Shown here one piece after another: positions 14,028 through 26,982 of a DNA stretch of 64,000 nt. The DNA is from Octopus sinensis. Taxonomy: Eukaryota. The notes below the pieces were generated by a model. It worked only from the letters and a program-made list of their open reading frames with translations, had not been told where the DNA came from and ran no database searches. The stretch is taken from the NCBI RefSeq assembly GCF_006345805.1, contig NC_043003.1, positions 51,646,001 through 51,710,000 on the forward strand. The letters are read 5' to 3'. Position 1 is the stretch's first letter. The number at the start of each line of letters is the position of its first letter. The position numbers and the translations under genes are program-made.

Positions 14028-15750
14028 CATATATATGATGCGCTTCTTTCAGTTTCCGTATACTAAATCCACTCACAAGGCTTTGGTCAGCCTGAGGCTA
14101 TAGTAGAAGGCACTTGCCCAAGGTGCCACACAGTGGGAGTGAACCTGGAACCATGTGGTTGGTAAGCAAGCTACTTACCACACAGCCACTCCTATGCCTA
14201 TATGTATGTATGTTAAGAACTTTTTTAATAAATGATAAAAAAATCACCATGGAGTAGTAAAACATTATATAATGATGGGAAATGTATTTATTCACCTTCA
14301 AAGTTACATCAAAACAACAATGAACCTTTACTACTTTCAAAAGAAAACATCCAATAAAATATCAGTCCAGCAGAAAAGTTGCAGACAGCCTTTGCCACTT
14401 TCAAAAGAAAATATCAGTCAGATGAAATACCAGTTTGACAGAACACTTGCTGACTGCTTTCGATATACATGTATGTACATACAGTATTATCAGTGGGACT
14501 TCTGATGCTGCATCACTGATAACAGAGATTTTGTATCAGGTTTATACTTTGTAACCTTCAGAGATATGCATGCACTACTAGTTTCATCTGTCAGGTTACT
14601 TCTATTATAAGACTTAATATAGTTCATCACTGAGAACAAGGATTCACAGGTATACGTTGATGAAAACATGGATATTAGTGCTGTTGCAAAGTTTTTTAAA
14701 CTGGAAAAATTTTCTGGAATGGCATTCCGAGTCCTTAATAATTTGTTTTCCACGCTCTTCTCTGGTACTCCAGTCTCTAATCACTTTTTTTCAATATTTT
14801 CTAAGTCAACTCTAAGGTCAATAAACTTTTGCTTCCAAACTGAGCTACTTTGAAATTCAATCAACTGCATTTCAATATCAACCATGTCTATCCATGAAAA
14901 CATTTGTAATTCTTCCAGTTTGATAATGTTTGGAAACTTCATGAATTTTGCTGTCTCTTCCAGTTCCCCGAATTTAGCAAACCTTGTAAAAAACTGCTCA
15001 ATAGTTGACTCGATAATGTTTACAAACAGGTTTTGAAGACACTGGCACTCTGTTCTGTCATCTTTTGAGAGAGCACTGATGTACCTCTTTATGTTTGGGA
15101 AGTATCTAAATCTCTCATTGTTCACATCCCTCTTAAAAGCTTCTAGTTTCATTTCAAAAGCCTTTATGTAACCAAACATAACATCAAGTGTCGTACCAGA
15201 GCCCTGTAATTTAACATTCAAGTCATTCAAATGGTCATAAAAATCTGAAAAAAACCCACCAGTTTACAAATCCACATGATGTCAGACAATTCTTGATAAG
15301 AAACATGCTGGCTATTCAAAAAGAGCTTTATCTCATTTAAGCATTCAACAAACCGTTTCAGAACCAAACCTCAGCTAAGCCGTCGATCATTGTTGTACAT
15401 TTTCAATCCTTTATACACAGATTCTACCTCATTCTGCAAGAAAACAGCATAATGATGATGTCACTGCTGTAGCACACATCGAGAGAAATTTTGAATAAGT
15501 AGGTGAGGTGGTTGTCTTGTCAACGAATACCAGTTGCGGAGGCTGAAACCAAAACACTGATTCGGTCTGGGAGGGGATCATTAAATAAAGGTAGGTCTAA
15601 TTTGCAATTTAAAATGTATCTGAGCAATAAAAAGTCGCTATATATCATTAAGAGAAAGTCATTAAATGGAGGGAGAGAGGGTTTCGCATGCTAGAAACAA
15701 ATTATTGGAGTGCCATGTTTGGCACGCATGCCAGGGTGTGTCCACCTCAG
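13681..15750 (-). mobile_element. Internally deleted hAT transposon (Charlie/SPIN/GTF2IRD2-type transposase relic)
   Basis: ORFs 14781-15230 (MNDLNVKLQG..FEMKLEAF) and 14490-14753 (SMFSSTYTCESLFSVMNYIKS..RSNLTD, the hAT dimerization region). Ends caggggttggccacct and gtgtccacctcag. Exact 8-bp TSD TTCTATTA at 13673-13680 and 15751-15758. SINEs are nested at about 13810-14200. Confidence 0.88.
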
Positions 15751-15964
15751 TTCTATTACTTGTTTCAGTCATTTGACTGTGGCCATTTTGGAGCACCACC
15801 TTGAAGAGTTTTGATTCCAGGACGTTTTTTAAGCCTAGTACTTATTCTAATGGCCTTATATGCTGAACCACTAATTTATGGGGATGTAAATATACCAACA
15901 CCAGTTGTCAAGTAGCGATGGGGGACAAACACAGACACAAATACGCATACATAAATATAAATAT

Positions 15965-15995
<31 letters not shown>

Positions 15996-16739
15996 CAATG
16001 GGCTTCTTCCAGTTTCCATCTACCAAATCCACTCAAAAGGCTTTGATCGGACTGAAGCAATTGTACATGGGCCTAAGATGCCACACAGTAGGATTGAACC
16101 CGAAACCATGTGGTTCAGAAGTAAGCTTCTTATCATACAGCCATGCTTGTGCCTATGTATATATGTATATATTTAAGCTAATAAATAGATATAATTTAAA
16201 CCAGTGTTTCTCAACCTTATTCTGGCCGTGGCCCCTTTTAATTCAACAAGAAATTGTTATGACATCCATGCTAATTCAAGGTTTTATCTTCTTTATTTTG
16301 CATCTTTCATATTTTCTATTGGCTTTTTACAATTTGTTTGGAACAGCAGAGTTCATAAATTCACATCTGATGTTTCTAGACATTCATAGTCATATTACAA
16401 ACTTACATACTTACTGAATCTGTGTAGACTTTCCCATCAAAGGTACTTTTGTCTGTTAACATTATGCATCAACAGTCAAATGTTGCAGTCAAATTCTGAC
16501 TGCTAAGTTTTTTGTTTTTTTTATATTTTAACTTCAATAGCCATATGTTATTTTTTTGATGTGTCTTTGATTTGTAATTTAGGCATTGTATTGTGAAATT
16601 AGAATAGTTTCCATAATTAATTTTCTATTTTCATATTAAATTTTATAAAACCGAAAAACTCTTTATCATTAACACACCAGAAACATGTGGACCTAAAAAC
16701 AAACTGCAGATGACAAATATGATCTATAAATTTGACTAT

Positions 16740-16850
16740 AAAACTGAAAGCTGCAAAAATTCATGACATGAAATGTTACATTGGACAGACCCGTACAACA
16801 CTCTCGTGTAAGCTCACCAAACATTTGCAACTAGGAGGAAAATACTCGAG
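16740..16850 (+). mobile_element. GIY-YIG endonuclease fragment (Penelope-like element)
   Basis: CYIGQTRTTLSCKLTKHLQ matches the YIGQT..L..R..(E/K)H pattern. Confidence 0.45.
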
Positions 16851-17458
16851 AAAATATTTACATATATCTATATACACACATGCACTCACATACATACCTA
16901 CAAACATAAATACTACCATACAGACAGGGGTTTAATTAATCTGAAAAGCATTATATATATATATTGGCACAGGAGTGGCTGTGTGGTAAGTAGCTTGCTT
17001 ACCCAACCACATGGTTCCGGGTTCGGTTCCACTGCATGGCACCTTGGGCAAGTGTCTTCTACAATAGCCTTGGGCTGACCAAACCCTTGTGAGTGGATTT
17101 GGTAGATGGAAACTGAAAGAAGCCCGTTGTATATATATATATACATATCTATATGTATGTGTGTGTATATGTTTGTGTGTCTGTGCTTGTCACCCCAACA
17201 TTGCTTGACAACTGATGCTGGTGTGTTTACGTCCCTGTAACTTAGTGGTTCAGCAAAAGAGACCGATAGAATAAGTGCTAGGCTTACAATGAATAAGTCC
17301 GGGGGGCGGTTTGCTCGACTAAAGGCGGTGCTCCAGCATGGCCACAGTCAAATGATTGAAACAAGTAAAAGAGTAAAGAGAGAGTGTGTATGTGTGTATA
17401 TATATATAAAACCATTTACAGTATATCTGCAGACTATATTATTGACTATATATATATA

Positions 17459-18338
17459 ATTTTAATCCAAACGGGAAACAAAAAAACAACAACAATGGAA
17501 CAATTACAGTATTATTATTAATAGGCGCTCAGGAAAAGGAAGCAGGGAGGTATGACGTTTCGAGTGGAGCTCTTCGTCGGAAACATAAAGAAGGAAGAGA
17601 GAGGAAAGAAAGATCCCAGAGCGGGCAACAGGGAAAGAGAAAAAAGACGACTGGTGTTTACGAGTTGCACATGGTGAAAGGCGGATGTTGACGAAAACAG
17701 AGCAAAGTGGGTTTTTTAAAGGCAAAAGAGTGGAGACAAGGTTGGTAACGCAACAGATGTGTGTGTATGTGTGAGTGTGTGCGTGTGCGTGTGTGTATGT
17801 GTGTGTGTGAGGCGAGATGAAAAAACAAAAAAATATATATGTGTGTGTTAGTGTGTGCGTCTGTGTGTAGGCGTGTGAGGTAGGGCGAGACAGTGGTCAG
17901 CTTAGCAGACAAAGGTCAGTAGTAAGAAAAAGAAGGAAGGAGGAAGGGAGGGAGGGGAAGGGTTGGGGGCGTATGTAGCGTGCCAGCGTGTGTTGAGTAG
18001 TAGTGTGTGTGTGTGTCCAGTGTCGTGGTGGTATAAATGGCGAGTAGATTGAATGTGTGTAAGAGTAATGTATATATTTAAGCAATGTGTGTATATGTGT
18101 GCGCGTGTGTGTAACGAAAAAGGGGGGGGGGTTTAAGGAAAAAGGACTCCAGCTGAGGGGAAGATGGAAGAGTGGTCACGCGGAGGCGGGCGTGGGAAAA
18201 CCCAATGACACGCGACGGTCCCAGGAACGGGCGGGAGGTCTTGTCGGTTCCAAGAGCGAGGTGCCTGCGGAGCGTATGCGTGCGCGAGCCGGCGCAAGCA
18301 CGTGCGTGCGCGCGCCTGCGAGTATATATATATATATA
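17459..18338. mobile_element. About 880-bp repeat insertion with a CpG-rich end; probably Penelope-related
   Basis: Contains aggcgctcaggaaaagg...gacgtttcgag, a motif shared in reverse orientation with about 25080-25140 and 5060-5110 and resembling 57100-57200. Bounded by direct repeats atatctgcagacta(t/c)attattgactatatata. Confidence 0.45.
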
Positions 18339-19376
18339 ATATCTGCAGACTACATTATTGACTATATATATATATATATATATGTATGTATATAATTTAG
18401 AGAAAAACCACTATTAAACAATTCAATAAAGACAGATGTTATTCACACCATATTGAAAACATATACTATAAAAAAAACTTATTTTAAATCAATAAAATAC
18501 AATAAATAGTAAATAGTAATAAAAAGACTACGCACATTTCATGGGTATATTTTCAAATAGATAATAATAATAAAATCAATTCGATTCAAAATTAAATTGA
18601 ACTACTACTATTTACTATTTATTGTACTTTATTGACTTAAAATAAGGTTTTTTTATAGAATATGTTTTCTCTATGGTGTAAATAACATATTTCTTTATTG
18701 AATTGTTTAATAGTGGTTTTTCTCTAAATTATATACATATATTATATATTGTGAAATTTGATTTAAAATTGTTGAATTTAACTTTTCCCGGTAAGTTTTG
18801 GAATAATATTCCCTAGTATTATTATATATATATATATATATAGATATATTCTTTTATTCTTTTACTTGCTTCAGTCATTTGACTGCAGTTATGTTGGAGC
18901 ACCACCTTTAGTCAAACAAATCGACCCCAGTTCTTATTCTTTGTAAGTCTAGTACTAATTGTATCAGTATCTTTTGCCAAACTGCTAAGTTACGGCAATG
19001 TAAACATACCGACATCGGTCATGAAGCAATGGTAAGGAATGAACACAGATACACAAATATATATATCTCAACATCATCATCATTTAACGTCCATTTTCCA
19101 TGCTGGCATGGGTTGGACGGTTCGACTGGGGTCTGGGAAGCCAGGAGGCTGCACCAGACCCCAATCTGATCTGGCAGTGTTTCTACAGCTGGATGTCCTT
19201 CATAACGCCAAGCACTCTGAGAGTGTAGTGGCTGTTTTTTATGTGCCACCAGCATAGAAGCCAGTCAAAGCAGCACTGGCATTGGCTACGTTCGGATCGT
19301 GCTTTTTACATGCTACCAGCATTGGGCTCACAGCTACAATTTCCATTTGATTTGATTTTGATATTGCTGTTGATGT

Positions 19377-19437
<61 letters not shown>

Positions 19438-19611
19438 GCTTCTTTCAGTGTCTGTTGACCAAATCCACTCAAAAGGTTTGGTCAGCCCAAGGCTATAGAA
19501 GACACTTGCTCAAGGTACCACATAGTGGAACTGAACCTGGAACCATGTAGTTGAGAAGCAAGCTTCTTACCACACAACCACTCCTATATATGTATTAATT
19601 GAAGTGTACAG

Positions 19612-20851
19612 TATTAAGTTGTCTGAAAAGTTCAGAGTGTTTTTAAGCTAAATCTTTTAACGCTTTGGTGTTGCTTGAAGTGGTAGGGCATCTCTTTGTT
19701 CCTGACAAAAATTAGATTTATTTTTCTTTCAGGCAACCCTTTACTGACATATGAAATGGATAACCAAAAATTTCATATTCATGTTGTAAAGCTTTTCTTT
19801 TTTAAAAAAGGAGAAAATGCTACAAAAACTCGCAAAAACATTTGTGAAGTTTATAGTGATGATGCTATAGGTGAATCAACTGATCAAAGTTGGTTTGCAA
19901 AATTTAAAGCTGGAAAGTTTAGCTTGGAAGATGACAGTCACAGTGGAAGACCTTCAAAATTGGGATAAAGATGGTTTGAAGACAAAAGAAAACTCAAATA
20001 TCATGACTAGAGAACTTGCAAAGGAGTTGGAAGTTTCTAAAAGTATAGATCATGAACACCTAATGAAGCTAGGATACATTTCTCGTTATAATGTAGGGGT
20101 CCCTCACAAACTCTCAGAAATGAATTGTTTGGATTAGTATTCTATTTGTGATATGCTATTGAAACAGAATGAAAGCATAGCTTTTTTTGAAACAACTTGT
20201 TACTGGAGATGAAAAATGGATGGTGTATGAAAACATAGTGAAAAAGATCCTGGAGTTTGCATAAGGATCCCCCAAAACAGCAACCAAAGATGCATATCCA
20301 TGCCAAAAGGGCTATGCTTTATGTTTGGTGGGATCATAAAGACAATATTTATTATGAGCTTCTTCCACAAAACCAGACCATTAATTCTGCTGTGTACTGT
20401 TGTTAGCTGGCTAATTTGAACAAATAAATCAAGGAATTGAGGCCAGAGATTGCCAACAGGAAAGGGGTATTTTTCCAATAAGACAATGCCTGACCTAATG
20501 TGACTTTGGCTGCCCAAAGTTTCATGAACTTAGCTGGGATCTCTTACCCCATCCACTATATTTTTCTGATATTGTGCTATCCAACTACCACTTGTTTTTG
20601 TCTCTACAGAACTCATTGCAAGGAAAAACATTTAACAAATTAAATGGTGTCAAAATGCATCTAAATAACATTTTTTCTTCAAAACTAGTCAAATTTTATG
20701 CTGATGAAATATTTAAATTTTCTGATAGATGGGAAAAGGTCATTAATAACAAAGGAAATTATTTCATTGAATAAAATTTATTGAAAGATCAATTATTTAT
20801 ATCCCTTTTTGCAAATTGAAATATGCTCAAAACTTTCTGTACAACCTAATA
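19612..20851 (+). mobile_element. Decayed full-length mariner element
   Basis: Frame-shifted transposase pieces KGENATKTRKNICEVY, WFAKFKAG.FSLED..HSGRP, VTGDEKW, YHLFLSLQNSL. TIRs tattaagttgtctgaaaagtt and aactttctgtacaacctaata. Confidence 0.88.
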
Positions 20852-21391
20852 TATATCCAGTACAGCCAATCTTACCAATTGGACCCAACACTCTGTTGAA
20901 CCCCCAGTGTAAAACTGATTGGTAAGATCAGCCATAATGGATATATAACACCATACACTTTGATTAACCCCTTGACGCTGGTATTACTTGAAGCATGCAA
21001 GACACTGCTCCAGTTTTTTTATCTAATGAGGCCACACAAACACAAGTGCCAATGAGCTCATGTCTATTTACGGTCATTGTTACAATAACATAGTGTCTTA
21101 CATTTACGTATACCAGTTTATGAAAACGAACTATGTGAAGCTATTTATCATATGATATGTACAAGTTATTCTGTACATGGGACGGCAAGTGCACACACCT
21201 CAAGAGATAAAGTACACGATAGCAAAGGTAAACATACGTCAGCTGCTATAAAGAAGAATGAAGAATTATATATTTTCAAAATTTACTTATTAAGGTATTA
21301 TTTTCCTCAATTTCTAATCTGACTTGTATTTCTGCTGGATAAGTGTATTACTGTCCTTTGATGTAACAGTTATATGCATTTAGTAGATTTA

Positions 21392-22943
21392 CACTGCAAA
21401 CTGAGATAACAGTCCTTGATGATTTTTAGATTTTCTAAATAACTACCTGAAGGATTTTGAAGAAAACTTACATAATAGTACAGTACACTATTTTTGGTTT
21501 GTATACAAAGTTTAGTATTTGCAGCTTTTTAAGTTTTTGTATTAATCAACAATTTTCTTTTTCAGGTGAACAGAATTAATAGTCCTAATATTGATTTCAA
21601 AAGATGGGGCATGGAAAAGATCTTACAGATTATGAGAGGAACTAGGTTATAAAAGAAATAGGTTAAGGCAAGTTTGCAGATGAAGTGGCCAAGAAACTAG
21701 GTCGTCATGTGAAAACAATTCGCAGATATTTAAAAAATCCCAAGTATTGGAATGAGCACAATGGCAAAGACAAGTCCCGAACAGTCACAGTGTGAGACAT
21801 TTCCCATTTCAAGCGATTCTTACTTAAAAATCCTGGATGTACTAGTAAAGCTTTATTTGCAGACGCTAGCATTGAAAATGTCTCCAAAACAACCAGAAAT
21901 AAAGTAATTGGTAGCTTTGCAAAAGAGAAGAAACCTGCGTGCAAGCCTCCATTGACTCCCAAACACAAAAAAGCTTGGTTAGAATGGGATAAAATGTATA
22001 TGAAGACTGATGTCAAGCATATTTTGTTCATTGATGAGTGCCGAGCCACACCAGATGCGCCTGATGGTTGGGCTAAGGGATGGGTGTTTTAGGACAACCC
22101 TGCTCACATGCATTTGCACCAGCAGCAAGGAGGTGGTGGAGTCATGTTTTGGACTGGAATCATGGGAGACAGAATGATTGGTCCATTTAAAGTGCCAGAA
22201 GGTATGAAGATTAATGCTATCACATAGGGATGTCCTAACTGACTGGCTGGATGAGCTCCCATTATCTGAGCTTAGCAAGGTTATTTTTATGCATGATAAG
22301 GCTCCACCACATACTGCTAAGAGAACTAAAGAAGTCCTCTCTCCTCATTGGGATTCAAAAAAGAAACTTTAATGAAGTGGCCAGCCTGTTCTCCAGATTT
22401 GAATCCTATCGAGAACCTCTGGAGCTTTGTCAAACATGAGATCTACCAGAATGGCAAGCAGTACACATCTAAGGAAACATTTTGGAAGGCAATACAAGAC
22501 TCTGCTAAGGCAGTCCTACCTTCTACTATCAAAACACTGACTGAATCCATTAATAACCTCATTTGTGAGGTCATCAAACAAAATGGTTTATACACCAAAC
22601 ACTAATCATAGAGTCAAAGCTTCTGTGAATATGTTATTTATGTATTCTGTTGTTCAATGACACATTTGTGTCATATGAATTATTTAAAATAATTGTTCTT
22701 GGTATTTCTATCCTTATAAGTGATCAAAACAGTAAATTCTTATACTAGGACTATTATCGTTTCACACCTGAAAAATAAGTATGCAAAATAATATGAAAAC
22801 AAAGATAGCTACATATGATAAATTTTGTATACAAACCAAAAATAGTGTACTGTACTATCATGTAAATTTTCTTCAAAATCCTTTGGGTAGTTATTTAGAA
22901 GATCTAAAAAAGTCATCATGGACTATTATCTCGGTTCGTAGTG
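21392..22943 (+). mobile_element. Tc1-family transposon, probably DD37E, decayed
   Basis: About 120-bp imperfect TIRs (cactgcaaactgagataacagtcc...gtatacaaa and its reverse complement), TA on both sides. Transposase motifs KKLGRHVKTIRRYL, LFIDECRATPDAPDGW, MHDKAPPH, WPACSPDLNPIENLW, with stops and frameshifts. Confidence 0.88.
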
Positions 22944-24694
22944 TATACTAAATCAATTGCAATATACAGTCATCCAAAGGTTGACATTCCTATGCAGCTT
23001 TATTCAAGGTGTTACCCATATAACTGGGTGAAGCGAATTGATTTGATGAAAATAATACTTTAACAAATATATTTTGAAGATGTAAAATTCTCCATTCTTC
23101 TTTGTGATGTCTTGATTACAGACTCTATATGCTGCATGAAATTCAATGAAGAGAATTTGGTATTTACCTGTTGAGTGAAGTATAGTTTAATTGTTTATCT
23201 TAAATGATTCTGAACGTTCCTCATCATTCAATGTGGTTAGCCAGATCTGAATTGTTTCAGAATGCTGATAAGGTTCCTGCCAGGATTTAAAATACCTGCC
23301 CCCCACACACACACACACACACGTATCTGTGTGGTAAGGATGGCAAGCTAGCAGAATTGTTAGCACACTGGGTGAAATGCTTAGTGATATTTCGTCTGCC
23401 ACTACGTTCTGAGTTTAAATTCCACCGAGGTCGACTTTGTCTTTCATCCTTTCAGGGTCAATTAAATAAGTATAAGTACCAGTTACGCACTGGGGTCGAT
23501 ATAATTGACTTAATCCCTTTGTCTGTCCTTGTTTGTCTCCTCTGTGTGTAGCCCCTTGTGGGCAGTAAAGAAATAAGAAGCTTGCTTCCTAACCACATGG
23601 TTCTGGGTTCAGTCCGACAGTGTGGCATCTTGGGCAAGTGTCTTCTACTACATCCTTGAGTAGACCAAAGCCTTGTGAGTGGACTTGGTAGATGGAAACT
23701 GAAAGAAACTGCCATGTGTGTGTTTGTTTGTTTGTCCCATCACCACCACCACTTCACAATCAGTGTTGGTGTGTGTTTATGTCCCTGTAACTTAGTGGTT
23801 TGGAAAGAAGAAACCAAGAGAATAAGAATACTAGGCTTAACATAAAAGAAGAAAAGGTACTGGGTAAATTCATTTGACTAAAAACTCTTCAAGGAGGTGT
23901 CCTAGATAGCCACAGTCTAATGACTGAAACAAGTAAAATATAAAAGGGGGTAATGTGTGTGTGTGCACGTGCATGTTGCTTTCAAAGAATGAGTGCACCA
24001 GATGAACTACTATTTATAGTATAAATCATTGGAAATTGCAAAGACACATGTAGACCTAAACTAGTTCTTTGGCAGCACCATTGGCTAACTGAAGATGTCA
24101 TCAGATATATGAAATCTTTATTAATCTTTGTTTTGTAATGAAATATCAGGAGTCAGTGGCTAATTATGTTAGCAATGAATTATATAATACTATTTAAGAC
24201 AGTAATCTCGCTGCGGTTACAATCCAGTTATTGCATAGTGTTGTGATGTAGATTTGTGTGTATGTGTGTGATGTTTTAAATCATTTGTAAGTATTTGAGT
24301 GTTTGCATATGGTGATGTAAATACACATGTATTTGGCAGTATAGATCTCATCCTCTCCCTCCCTTTCTCTCTCTCTCTCTCTCTTTCTCAAATACCAATG
24401 TATGCTTAATGTGTAAACAGACTAACAGACAAATGCACATACATAAATAGGTACATATCGTTAGTCCAATCAAAATATATTTTATTTCAATGCCTCTCAA
24501 TTTAAATTGAATGGAGCTTGATTAGATAGTGGGGATTTGTGTATAAGTACATTTATAAGTGGAGAGGGGTATTAACTCACCATGTAGTGGGGAATTTGTG
24601 TGTTAATCTGTTGTAAAGTGAGTGTGTTAGGTATCAATTCATTATATAGTAGGATATGTTCATTATATAATGGGAACACAATAAAACAGTTATT

Positions 24695-24915
24695 ACAGTA
24701 ATCCCTTGACTATTGCGGGTGTTCAGGTGTTACATTCCAAAACCACACTGCAATAGGTGAAAATCTGCGAAATAGAAACAGTACTGTACTATATATATAT
24801 ATTTTTTTATTATTTTATAATTTGTGTATATTTATTATTTTATAAATGCAAAACAACACCATGGAGGAATTGATGTAAGCTTAAATAGTAAACCGCGATA
24901 GGTGAACCGCGATAT
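24695..24915 (+). mobile_element. pogo/Tigger-like MITE fragment
   Basis: Left end tacagtaatcccttgactattgcggg, with internal ccgcgataggtgaaccgcgata motifs. The right TIR is missing. Confidence 0.45.
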
Positions 24916-25204
24916 GTATATAATTAGGAACACTATTAAACTGTTATATATATAAGTGTGTATGTTTGTGTATGTATGCATGTATATATATATATATATA
25001 TATATCACACCAAATATTTTACTCCGCCCTCAGATATGATGACTGGACTTATACTGTAATATGAAATGAGAGATTAATAAGTAATATGTACATATATAAG
25101 GCTCGAAACGTAGAAGATTTTTTCTATTCCTGAGCGTTATACTAATACATCTGTTTGTTTTGTACACCACCTGTCTTCGTCTTTTGTTTTTTCGTAAACT
25201 CTCT

Positions 25205-25262
<58 letters not shown>

Positions 25263-25297
25263 AGAGAGTTTACGAAAAAACAAAAGATATATATATA

Positions 25298-25467
25298 TAT
25301 TGGCCTGCTCGCTTAGGCAGCGGGGTGGCATCATTCGATATATATATATATATATCACGTGACGTGACCGACCAATCTATCAGATGTAGTTACACATCGC
25401 TGGTCACAATGCGTTCGCATTGTTTTAGCCTTCGAATGATGCCACCCCGCTGGCTAAGCGAGCAGGT

Positions 25468-25472
<5 letters not shown>
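25298..25472. mobile_element. Small MITE with about 41-bp TIRs inside a (TA)n tract
   Basis: tattggcctgctcgcttaggcagcggggtggcatcattcga pairs with tcgaatgatgccaccccgctggctaagcgagcaggtcaata. Confidence 0.75.
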
Positions 25473-25515
<43 letters not shown>

Positions 25516-25521
25516 GTATAT

Positions 25522-25558
<37 letters not shown>

Positions 25559-25589
25559 TGTGTATTTATATATATATATATATACTCTT

Positions 25590-25935
25590 TTACTTGTTTC
25601 AGTCATTTGACTGTGGCCATGCTGGAGCACCGCCTTTAATCGAGCAACTCGACCCCGGGTCTTATTCTTTTGTAAGCCCAGTACTTATTCTATCGGCCTC
25701 TTTGCCGAACCGCTTAGTAATGGGGACATAAACACACCAGCATCGGTTGTCAAGCGATGTTGGGAGGGGACAAACACAGACACACACACACACATATATA
25801 TATATATACATATATACGACGGGCTTCTTTCAGTTTCCGTCTACCAAATCCACTCACAAGGCTTTGGTCGGCCTGAGGCTATAGTAGAAGACACTTGCCC
25901 AAGGTGCCATGCAGTGGGACTGAACCCGGAACCTT
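25590..25935 (+). mobile_element. Representative tandem of SINE-like families B and C (the same pairing recurs at approx. 13810-14195, 15755-16150, 16965-17380, 47110-47630)
   Basis: B: tttacttgtttcagtcatttgactgtggccatgctggagcacc... C: gggcttctttcagtttccgtctaccaaatccactcacaaggctttgg... The two are separated by (CA)n/(TA)n tracts. Confidence 0.85.
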
Positions 25936-25962
25936 GTATATGTATGTATATATGTATGTATG

Positions 25963-26001
<39 letters not shown>

Positions 26002-26279
26002 CAAAATATATATACTTTATTTAAAGCAGCAGAAAATTCAACAAAACCTGTTACTCTGAGTTTCCCGTTGCCGTTCATTGGACAGTTTTTGCTAGAATAT
26101 ATATATATACGAATTGAGATAGGGGTTGTAAATGCAACCCTCCATGGGATAACATATATCCAATATACTGCAAGTGAAGTACCCAACAAAGTTAATACAT
26201 AAATGTTAAGGATTGTGATGCAATCAATTCATTTACTGTTATCTTGTATATATACTGTTATCTTGTATATGTATGTGTA

Positions 26280-26316
<37 letters not shown>

Positions 26317-26982
26317 GTATATATGGGGCAAGTGAACTCGAAATTGAACCAAATTTGATGACTGGCACCCGTGCCTGTGGAGCGTTAACAGCTCCATCCG
26401 AGTAGGATTACTGCTTGGCTTCTGGTATTAGGAAGGGTATCCAGCTGTGGAAGCTCTGCCAGATCAGATTGGAACCTGGCAAAGCCATCTGGTTTGCCAG
26501 TCCTCAGTCAAATCGTCCAACCCATGCTAGCATGGAAAGCGGTCGTTAAATAATGATGACGATGATATATATATATATAATATATATATATATACACACA
26601 CACTGTGATGATGACAATGATATATATACACACACTGTGATGATGACGATGATATATATATACACACACTGTGCTTGAGGAGACCTACTGAGTCAAGTAC
26701 ATCAACATCAAAAATTCAAATGGAAATTGTAGTTGTGATACCTGTGCCAGTGGCACATAAAAAGCACCCACTACACCCATGGAGTGGTTGGCATTAGGAA
26801 GGGCATCAAGCTGTAGAAACACTGCCAGATCAGACTGGAGCCTGGTGCAGCCTCCTGGCTTTCCAGACCTCGGTCGAACCGTCCAACCCATGCTAGCATG
26901 GAAAACGGACGTTAAACGATGATGATGATGATGATATATATATATTTGTGTATATATATATATATTTGTGTGTATGTATATA

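Noticed and set aside
15905-16417. 170-aa ORF and the many 60-130-aa ORFs containing YIYIYI, HHHH, MLAWVG or MGWTV
   Set aside because: Translations of microsatellites and SINE bodies.
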